DNA of 64,000 nt from Geosiphon pyriformis uo1 (lineage: Eukaryota > Fungi > Glomeromycota), in assembly GCA_016748015.1 (NCBI GenBank), contig JAAOMT010000703.1, positions 1,238,255-1,302,254 of the forward strand. Direction: 5' to 3'. Under the pieces are notes generated by a model, which saw only the letters and a list, made by a program, of their open reading frames with translations, ran no database searches and had not been told where the DNA came from. The translations under genes and the position numbers were made by a program. Positions 53,754 through 64,000 of this stretch are shown here, one piece after another (position 1 is the stretch's first letter; the number at the start of each line of letters is the position of its first letter).

Positions 53754-55226
53754 ATGAAAATTTTGATTTTTTTTCTACTGTTTATATCTATTAAATTTTA
53801 TTTGAGTTCTAGCAAAAACTTTTTATTAAACCAAAATGATTTAGAATTAGATCTCGATAAAGAGTTGAACAAAACCCTATTTAAAGGTATTTAACTTTAT
53901 AATTGTCTCTGGTCAAATTGCTAGGGTGAATTCCTGATCAAAACGGAAATAAAACTCGACACTTTAAAAAAAAAGTTTCGACAGTAAGGCCCTTTGAGGA
54001 AGAGGAAAACAAAAATTCAATGGGGTTGAGAAAAGAAAAGAAACTGTATGGGAAACGAACACAAAATCCATCGGGCCCTATAAAAAAGGAATTCAAAACA
54101 GAAAAAATCAGAGTCTTTAACAAGACTGTAATACTTTTTATGAGGCGGATGGCAGAAATTGCAAATTTAGCCTATTGTCGCACGTCAAATCGAATCGGAA
54201 GCGTTGTAGGGGATAACGAAGTGATTGGTAAATAATCGTTATTTAAAATACAATTTATGCTAAAGTGAAAAGATTACCAAAACATTCTTTTGGAATTTAT
54301 AGCTGATTTTGGGGTGAATAAGGAAAATAGTGTCAAATTTGTCGCATACTTTCGAGGACCAAACCTTAGTAAAGAGCAATGGCGTCAGAGATCAGTTTAC
54401 ACGAGTGAAATACAAGTGGATCCTTTTTGGAAGGAAAAAAGCATGGTCGATGCTATTTGGCTGAAACATACTAAGATGATGATGCCTTTTTTGATTGAAA
54501 AGTATGAGAAATTACAAAATAAGCCTGATAAAGTTTCTTTTGTTGGACATGGAATTGGTGGAGGTAAATTGTTTGCCACCAAAAATAATTGATGTTTAGT
54601 AAAAATTTGTTTTATACCTACAAATATATACTAATATTTTTTTCTCTAAAGCATATGCAACGCTAGCCGCCTTGTATTTTCGTAATCTTATAGTTAACGG
54701 AACGTTAGAATCAAATGGGAATATAAGCACTAATAAAATTAATATTATCACATTTGGTGCCCCCCGGATCGGAAATTTAGCATTTGTTAAGCAAGTGAAG
54801 CAATCAATTCATCTTAAAAATCTTTTCCGGATAACTCATTTGAATGATTGGCTTTCTCGGGATTTTATGTCCAAGCGTATGTTTTTACATAATGAGGTGG
54901 AGTATTGGTTGGACTATGAAAAAGATGATTGTGAATGTCCATCAAAAAAACAAATTCTTTTTCAATGTTTTGGGCGAAACTCTAGGCAAGAGATTGATGA
55001 AAATGAGGTAAATTTTAAATTAGAAAAGCTTTCTTTTATTATACAATTATTATGAGCATTACAATTATTACAATCACTATTTTAGGAATGCAATTTGGGA
55101 ACAGTCGACTCCGAAGAAGGGCATAATATTATGGACCCAAATATTGGGCCTTACTTTGGTATTAGCTTCGGCACATGTAACTCCAACAGAATGAACTTTT
55201 CAGAACATGATTCTTATTTTAATTAA
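53754..55226 (+). CDS. Secreted class 3 lipase-fold pseudo-enzyme L5, 5 exons
   Basis: ATG 53754 (MKILIFFLLFISIKFYLSSS). Motifs YFRGP, VGHGIGG|AYA, ITFGAPRIGN, RITHLNDW. Last exon 55086-55226 with NIGPYFG. Intron 1 must use a shifted acceptor (CAG 53984). Confidence 0.85.
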
Positions 55227-55877
55227 ATTTTAATAAATATTCCCAATTTGCCTCGTATTTATGAATTTGACTATTTTTTTGACTATAAATTTTTCATGGA
55301 TATCTTAGAAGCGAATAAAGTCGTATTATTTAAAAAAAAGAAGATTGTGTTTATAAAGAAATGATTGAAAATTTCTAACCACCGAAAAATCGAGATTATA
55401 TTTATAGCGGTCTCTAAGAAAAGAATAACTCATAACAATTATTATAAAATTTTATTTAGAATCTATAGTTTTTGTGCAGTCTGTCCAATATTATTAAACC
55501 AGTCATCTTTTATTTAATAATACACAGATTAATTTAATGGGCAACTTTTTTTTAAAAAATTTTGAAAATAACAAACATTGAATATATATATTTTTAACTT
55601 AAATGGGGAAAACCGGAAAACACAAATAAAATGAAATTTATATTCATTATTAAATTTATAAACAGTAAAATAAGTCTTTAAACAGGAAAACTATTTTCAT
55701 GCAACACATTAATTGAAAGAAAAGCTAATATAATAATTATTAATTTATTATTATTAAATTAATAAATTATTGACTTTTAACATTACGAATATTTCTGTGG
55801 CTCTAATAAAATTTGTAGGTTTGAGCGAAAATAAATTAGAGAATATAGATTAAGAGTTATAAAGTTCATTAATTACT

Positions 55878-55926
55878 TGATTGATTTGATTTGATTTGAT
55901 TTGATTTGATTTGATTTGATTTGATT
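55878..55926. repeat. (TTTGA)n pentanucleotide microsatellite
   Basis: About 9 units. Confidence 0.9.
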
Positions 55927-56611
55927 TAATTTAATTTGGTTTAAATAATCTTTAAGGCTTTGCAAATCATGCTTTAATATTATGTAAAGACATAAAGCAT
56001 TATTTTATAAAAATAATGTGACCAAATATTTAGCAAGAACTATGTTAAAATTAATTTTTAATGTCAATTCTTAAAGCAATATATAAATAATAGTATTCCA
56101 TCATTATTTTATTGTAATACATAAAAATTGTATTCAACATAAAAAAATATTGTGCTGGGGTATGAATTATGTTAATCTAATCTTTCACATTTAGCAAACA
56201 AATAATTAATCCAGTTTGAAAATTCTCTCCTATTTACACAAGTTTTAAATTGATAGCAGTAATAACCCTCATGACAGATCATCAATCCGATCAATTGCGA
56301 GAGATCAATATTTGTTGTTTGTTATTTCGCGAACTAGGTAGAGATTGAGTTGTATATGTTTATTATCATCTTTTAAAAAAGTCGATTTTAATTAGAAGTT
56401 CAAATTGATTAAATTAAATAATCAAAATATTTTCCCGCATTGCCCCTTTAAGTTTTAGATCATGATTTAAAGATTATTCTTTCTTTAGAATAAGAGGACT
56501 TCAAGACTTGGAAACTTTCTAAATTTATAGAAACCTAAAACCATCACATTTTTTTTGATTTACCTAATCAAATTTCGATTTTGTTTAGGAAACTTCTTGA
56601 ATCAACATAGA

Positions 56612-58069
56612 ATGAAAAATTTTATTTTTATTCTGCTGTTTATATCTATAAAAATTTATTTGAATTCTAGCAAGAACATTTCATTTAACCAAAATGATTT
56701 AGGATTGGACTTCGATAAAGAGTTGAACAAAACCCTATTTAAAGGTATTTAACTTTTAATTGTCTCTGGTCAAATTACTAGGGTAAATTCCTTATCAAAA
56801 CTTGAAGTTGTAAATAAAAAAGTTTCGAGATTAAGGCCCTTTGAGGAAGAGGAAAACAAGAATTTAATGAGGTTAGGAAAAGAAAAAAAACTGTATGGGA
56901 AACGAACACAAAATCCGTCGGGCCCAATAAAAAAGGAATTCAAAACAGAAAAAATCAAATTTTTCGACAAGACTGCAATATTTTTTATGAGGCGGATGGC
57001 AGAAATTGCAAATTTTGCCTATTGTAGCACGTCAAATCGAATCGGAAGAGTTGTAGGGGATAACGAAGTGATTGGTAAATAATCGTTATTTAAAATACAA
57101 TTTATGCTAAAGTGAAAAGATTGCTAAAAATATACTTTTGGATTTTACAGCTGATGTTTCCATCGATAAGAAAAATGGCGTCAAATTTGTCGTATACTTT
57201 CGAGGAGCAAACCTTAGTAAAGAGCAATGGCGTCAGAGATCAATTTTGACGAGTGAAGTACAATTGGATCCTTTTCGGGAGGAAAAAAGCATAGTCGATG
57301 CTATTTGGTTAAAGCATACCAAGATGATGATGCCTTTATTGATCAAAAGGTTTAAACGATTACATAATCCTGATAATGTTTCTTTTGTTGGACATGGAAT
57401 TGGTGGAGGTAAATCTTTTGCTACCAAAAATAATATATGTTTAAAAAAAACTTTGTTTTGCCTACAAATAAATACTAATATTTTTCCTCTAAAGCATATG
57501 CAACGCTAGCCGCCTTGTATTTTCGTAATCTTATAGTTAACGGAACGTTAGAATCAAATCGGAATATAAAGATAAATAAAATTAATATTATCACATTTGG
57601 TGCTCCTCGAATCGGAAATTTAGCATTTGTTAAGCAAGTGAAGCAATCAATTCATCTTAAAAATCTTTTCCGGATAACTCATTTGAACGATTGGCTTTCT
57701 CGGGATTTTATGTCCAAGCGTATGTTTTTACATCATGAGGTGGAGTATTGGTTAGACAATTCAAAAGATGATTGTGGGTGTCTTTCAGAAAAACAAATTC
57801 TTTTTCAATGTTTTGGGCGAAACTCCAGGCAAGAGATTGATGAAAATGAGGTAAATTTTAAATTAGAAAAGCTTTCTTTTATTATACAATTATTATGAGC
57901 ATTACAATCATTACAATCACTTTTTTAGGAATGCAATTTGGGAACAGTCGACTCCGAAGAAGGGAATAATATTATGGACCCAAATATTGGGCCTTACTTT
58001 GGTATTAGCTTCGGCACATGTAACTCCAACAGAATTACCTTTTCAGAAGATGAGTCTTATTTTTATTAA
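56612..58069 (+). CDS. Secreted class 3 lipase-fold pseudo-enzyme L6, 5 exons
   Basis: ATG 56612 (MKNFIFILLFISIKIYLNSS). Motifs YFRGA, VGHGIGG|AYA, ITFGAPRIGN, RITHLNDW. Last exon 57929-58069 with NIGPYFG. Confidence 0.87.
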
Positions 58070-58199
58070 TTTTTTTAATGTTACAGGAACCAATGATTGT
58101 TGGTATTATGGTACAGCGGCTTTTACCTCTGAACAATACATCGTATTTATGAATTTGAGAATTTTTTTGGCTATAGATTTTTTATTATGTCTTCGAAGC

Positions 58200-61100
58200 T
58201 AATAAAGCAATTATTGTTTCTTCTACTATAATTAAAAAACCAACAACTAAAAAAGTTCTTTCAATAATAAAAGCAATTAAAAAAACATTATTAAAATGTT
58301 TCTTTAAGTAAATCGAATTTAAAGCAGTTTTTAATTGTTTTAAAAGCAATTTTTTCTCTTTGAATTGAAGGTTTTTTAGTTAAGATTTTTTCCAAACACA
58401 TTAGAAATAGTCATAATATTGTTAAAATTACTACCAAATATCTTAAACTTTTCAACAATAAATTAGTAATAAGATCATTGTTTTTTTAATCATTACAATA
58501 TTTTTTAATTTGCCAGAAAACCAAAACAGCCAAAAAGCAATTATTACCATTATCAACTTTAATAATAGCAAATTTTTTTTTAAAACACCAATTCTGTATT
58601 TTTTAAAAACTTAATTTTACTAATATTGTTTTAAAGCCAGCTTTTTTTTCTTTAAAAATAAAGCTTTAGTTTTTGTACTTAACATTAATTCTTTTATTAG
58701 TTTTGTTTTATTAATTTTAACCATAAAAATTAATTTCAATCTAAGCAAAAATGTATCTATTAAGAAAAATACAAATTAGCATTTGATAATGTTATTTAAT
58801 ACAATTATTTTCAGCCAATTATTTTTTATTAAAAGGTAAAACAAGTGGTTAATATGTATTTTTTAATTACCAATTAGCATTATTTAATTCATAAAACTAA
58901 ATTTTTTTTGAAACCTAAAACAACAAACTTTTTTGTTGTACTGTAATATTTTTTAATATTATACCTAATAACTAAAAATTATTACCAACTATTAAAAAAT
59001 TTGTAAATAAATAATTTTTGTCTTAATCTTTAATGTATTGTCTAATGTTTTTCTTAAAATAATCTTCAAATATTTGGTAAAATTGTTGGTATTAAGTTAA
59101 AACCTACTAGCTTGTAATAATATTCTATTGTATATTTTAAAACTTAGTTTTAACTAATTTACTTTTTAACACCTGATTAATATTTGTAAAAAAACAGCAT
59201 TAAAATCTTTTCTAATTCAAAAAAAATTATTGTTTCAAAAAATACATTTAAGACCAAATTAGTTATTTTGGTTATATAGTTTAAAAAATTAGTAATATAA
59301 TTGGGCAAATTTTTGATTAAATCTATTTTATTTTCAATTAACAAATTTTGATTATTGTTAAAATTATAAAGTCCTTAATACTGTTGTTGTTAAAGATGTT
59401 ATATTAAATAAAAATATATTATTTTTTATTATATTAAAAATACCAAGGTTTAAAATTTTAAGTTTTTAATTATATTAAATGTTTTTTAAAAACATCTAGT
59501 TCAAAAATTTTGTATTAAACAGATTAATTAATTTTATTTCGTAGATCTAAGTTGTTAGCTAATTTGTTATGCTTTTAATAATTAATTTTGTAAAACTAAA
59601 TAAAAAAACTTACTTTATTAAAAACATAAATTCAGAACTTGGTTTTAATAATATATTTACTTTAATAAATATTATTAGCTGTTTTGTTATAAAATCAACT
59701 TTTTTAAAAGCTTAAATAATTATTTAACTGTAAATTTTAAAAAAATACTCGAAAATATTGCCATATATATTTAAATTAATAAAAATTAAAAATACTGTTA
59801 ATTTTAAAACTATATTTAATGAAAAAAAAAAATTTCGATACAATTGTATATTATAAAAATACAAAAATATTTGTACAAAGTTTGTACAAAATTTTATAAG
59901 CTGTATAATATTACCAATAATGTTTCTGGATTTTATTATTTCTATTATTTTTATTACTTTGATTTATTTATCACTTGATCAATCAATTTTGCAAAATTTT
60001 TTTTATTTTTATCATTATATATTTTATTGTATGTTTAATATTTTGAAATTTCTGTATTTTTTTTTTGAAGTTTCAACACAATAAATAATTTTTATGTAAT
60101 ATCATATTATGTTTGTTTGTGTTTGCAGTTTTATGTAATTTAATTAATAGTATTACTTTAAATTTCTTTGAAAATTTTGAAGACTAAATAAATAAATTAA
60201 TATATTAGGCCAATTATATTAAATTTTTGCAAATTGTGGTAATAATAACAATATTTTATATCTTATTTTTGAATTAATTCAAATTTAATAAAAATATATT
60301 TGGTGTAACTTTTAATATGGTTAAATGTTGTCGTATTATTTATGAATAAGAAATAAAATTATATTTTTAAATGTAATGTTTGATATTTTTTTAATTTTTT
60401 GTATTTATTGAGAAAATAATATTGTTTAATAGAAAACAAAATTAAACATATAAAATAAATAACTATTTTTAAAATTGATTTAACAGTTTATAAAAAAATA
60501 AATTTTTATTTTATTTGTTAAGAAATAATAAAAAATAAAATTTTATAAGCTTTAAATTTAAATAACACAATTAATATATTTATATATTTAATTAAAAAAA
60601 TTAAAATTTAATATAAACAATTTTCATTAACTTTTAATTTAATTTAATAACACAAAATAAATTAAAAAATCAATAATTCAAGTTTTTTTACAAAATTAAA
60701 CAAACTGTTAAACAAATAACATTGATTGAATAAAAAAAAATTAATTTCGTATTAAAATTCTTATTTCAATTTAAACTCAATAAATAGACTTTTAACTGGA
60801 TTGTAAATTTATGTAATAAAGCTTTTATATAGTTTGTTGTTTATTACAAAAAAAATTGTACAATAAGTTTTACTTAAGTATTGTTTGTATTAAATATGAT
60901 GGAATAAAATTATTTTATAACATATTTGTATTAAAAAATTATTAAAAATTTTTTAATGTAAAAAGATATGTTGTTTTAATATAGTTATATATAAATAGCA
61001 TATAAATATTAATCACATTTATTGTAAAACATATATATATTACAAGTAAATAGATAATGGTTAAATTATTTTTAAAAAAGTATATCAAAAAATATAGAAA

Positions 61101-61200
61101 ATATTATTTATGTAACTATATATTTATTATTATTAAAATACATATTTATTGTTTAATAAATTATAAATTTCTTTATATTATTATTTTTTAAATATTTAAA
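58200..61200. other. AT-rich decayed repeat/TE-like tract
   Basis: Begins abruptly where L6 3' homology ends. No ORFs, CpG very scarce, residual coding-like texture. Confidence 0.4.
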
Positions 61201-64000
61201 AAAGTTAATTTCTTTTAGAATTGATTAAGATAGTACATATACGTGTCACCCAAAAAAAATCAAAACTAACCTGAATCAACATACTTCTTTTGCAAACTTA
61301 ACTTTTATCTTACAGGTTATAAACCTTTTAAATTTAGCAAAAGTTTTTTTATCCCAATGTATTGCAACAGCATTAAAGTCATTATCACTTACAAAACATA
61401 TCAGAATATCTACAACCTCTTTAATTATTTCTATTGTAAAACAAATGATCAATATGTATTTAAACGGTGGTAAATTAAAATAAAAAACATATTTGTAATT
61501 GAAAATTATGAATTTTAGCTGTTTGATGCTTTTTTTTACATGTTAAATCTATTCAACAGATACTTACTAATTTTTGCATTTAATAATTGATATAATACAA
61601 ATAATATAATTTAAGATTTATATAAAATTATACTTTGAAGAAAAATTGTATTAAAGCTAATATTTACAATATAAAAAAATTTATTTGTTAATTTTTCTTG
61701 TAAAATTTTTATATATTTCAATATAATTCAGAAAATCATATTTTATTCTATGAAATCTCAGCTGTCAACAAAATATCACTTTAAAATTCGCCCTATTGGA
61801 GTGGTCGGAAATATAAAAATTACCTGTACATAGTTTTTACAGAATCAGAATATTTCAGGAAAATTTCTCATTATAATATGTGATATTGTTAGTATTTTTC
61901 TTGAAAATTTTTTATTTTAAAGATGAAATTTTTCTGGGTTAAGAGATAGAAAAAATATTGGTTTAAACCGAATATGATATTAATACTTTGGATATTTTAA
62001 AGGGAACTTTAATGAATTCTCATCTCATGTTTTCAATCATTTTGCTCAATAAAACTCTTAAATTTATTTATCTCTAAAGTTTTCTAAAAAATAGTTAATC
62101 TTGAAAGTTAAGTTTCAGGCTCACAACTTTTTAACTTGAACATTTTATGTTCTATCCTTAGAAAATTATAGAAAGTAATTATCTTATATTTTAAGATAAA
62201 GGAGAGATTTAATTCATCATATCCGTTGTGCTTCATAGCTGAACTTATAAATCTTAGCAATAAATCTCTGCTTGTTGAAATACAGTATATATTATTTTTG
62301 CTATAGTATTTTAATATTAAAACCAATCTATCAGCTTAAGATTAGTCATTAAGGAAATATCGCTTATTCCATTTATATTAGTCTCTTTTTATTGAGTTAC
62401 AACCTTTCCAGTTTTCCATCATATGATTTTAGAAGTAATTATTTCGATGTAATTATTCAATTATAATTGAGTTATTATCTACTGGCCTTAAAAAAGTTGA
62501 TTTATTAAAACAATTAGACCAAGATCGCCAGGAAACCAATTTAAAGACCCCGATTTGAAAATCTTAACCATCAGGATGATAAAAAAGGAAGTTAAGTCAA
62601 TCACCTATATTTAATGTACTTCCCGTTATTAAAGACTATTTTGAACCTTCAATCATCTTTCTGATAGGAAATTTTGTTCTTTACGTGATGAGTTTATGGT
62701 TGGCCTTCTAAGAGATTAACTATATCTTTTGAAATCCTTAGATAAATGTAATAACGTTTATGACTTAATCAAAAAAAAACTTTATTTAACTTGCCTCTTA
62801 ATGATTTAAAGGATTTAACATATTAAATTAAAGGAAAATGCATTTGATGAAATAAATTTGTCAGGATGATAGCAAAAACTTATTCTAACAGTGGTCCCGA
62901 CCATTACAAAATTTAGGGCTTTTTGTCCGTAAAACTGAATCGATATGAAACTAATAATTAAAAATGACTTTATTCAATTTATATAGATGTAAAATGATTT
63001 TGTTTTTACAATGTTTTTAAATTTTAAGAAAAGCAGTCAGTTTAAAAATCAGTATTTGTCTTTTATTGTGATTTATAATTGACTAATAATATATATATAA
63101 TGTATAATTTATTTTTCAATATGATATTGTTTTTAATATCCTTTTTGAAAAAATTCTTAATAAAATAATTAATAAAGTTTTATTTTAAAAAAACTATTGT
63201 TTGTTCTTTAAACTTACTTTTATTCCAAATTATGTTAAAAATATTTTGTTAATAAAATTAATATTTTAAAATATCACAAAATTTACAAAAATATCTATAA
63301 CAATAATAGATAGATAATAATAAAAAGTTTTGATTAATATAAAATTAATTGATTTATTAAAATAAGTTTTAAAATAATGAATAATTGATTGAATTGCAAA
63401 AATAACTGTAGGGGCAATTTTAAATAATTTGTATTTTATAAAAAAATATTAATAATATATGGATAATTCATGTTTACACTATAATAATGCAACATAAATT
63501 TAATAAAACGATAAAATAGAGAACTTCAATTCAGATGAATCAGCTTATCAAACCTTCTGAAAAGCTGTCACATGCAAATTTTAATTATATATTCAATAAA
63601 AATTTGGAAAAATAATATAAAGGACAAAAATAGGTTCAAAATAGATTGTAAGTTACAGAATTAAATAATAAATAAGTTTTCGATTCTTATATTCAGTTAA
63701 ATTGATGTGAAAATTTATATTTTAGTATGAATAATCCCATTTTTATATTAGGTTTATAAAAAAAACTTATTAAAATCATTCAAATATTTATCAGAAAGGT
63801 ATAATAGTAAAATAGAGTAGTCCAGATAACTTTTGGGGAAAATCTTATTTTAAAACATCAAAAACTTTTGAAAATATAGGTGGAAGAATTTTCAACAAGA
63901 TTGAGGAAGAACAATTTCTTTTTCTTTAAAGAATTATTACTCACAAATAACTTTGCATGTTGCAAGAGAATTAGTAAACAAACTTGACTAGCTTTTTAGT

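Larger units (their letters stand above)
53000..58200 (+). repeat. Direct tandem duplication (about 53000-55330 and 55670-58200) carrying L5 and L6
   Basis: Shared upstream blocks (aaacaggaaaacta, gaaaagctaat, ttgacttttaacatta), genes, an almost identical intron 4 and 3' flanks. Confidence 0.88.

Noticed and set aside
56745-56810. Stop-codon readthrough in L6 (unspliced intron 1 is in frame with a single TAA)
   Set aside because: The same intron is out of frame in L2 and L4, and an in-frame AAG acceptor exists. Coincidence is more likely.
1950-57427. Antisense and alternate-frame ORFs over real genes (e.g. 1950-2270, 6858-7115, 17823-18149, 21050-21235, 24222-24587, 35599-35784, 46153-46530, 53938-54123, 57233-57427)
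   Set aside because: Shadows of the HMG, kinase, BTB and lipase exons. They recur only because the host genes are duplicated.
61200-62750. Long minus-strand frame with many TAA, suggesting a reassigned code or RIP-mutated gene (includes ORF 62108-62326)
   Set aside because: Stop density is about what AT-rich random sequence gives. All clear genes here use TAA/TGA as stops. No recognisable motif.
1-64000. tRNA or rRNA genes
   Set aside because: No GC-rich cloverleaf or rRNA-like segment seen by eye. A covariance-model scan would be needed to exclude small ncRNAs.

Overview
Very AT-rich, intron-containing eukaryotic DNA. The gene content points to an arbuscular mycorrhizal fungus (Glomeromycotina): MATA-type HMG-box paralogs, an HRDLHSGN-type TKL kinase, a BTB-BACK-TLDc gene and a Tc1 element. 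The window is a tandem and inverted duplication cluster. It holds three intact MATA-HMG genes plus one box-less HMG relic. It holds six 5-exon genes for secreted class-3-lipase-fold proteins; all six have Gly in place of the nucleophile Ser (GHG[IV]GG), all lack the oxyanion Ser/Thr, and five lack the catalytic His. It also holds two paralogous 68/81-aa microprotein genes with conserved promoters carrying HMG-type sites. The kinase and BTB-TLDc genes are frameshifted, the Tc1/mariner is complete but dead, and long tracts are decayed repeats. The best candidate for an undescribed system is the co-duplicating, recombining HMG / secreted pseudo-lipase / microprotein cluster. Exon structures were derived by hand; no database searches were run.
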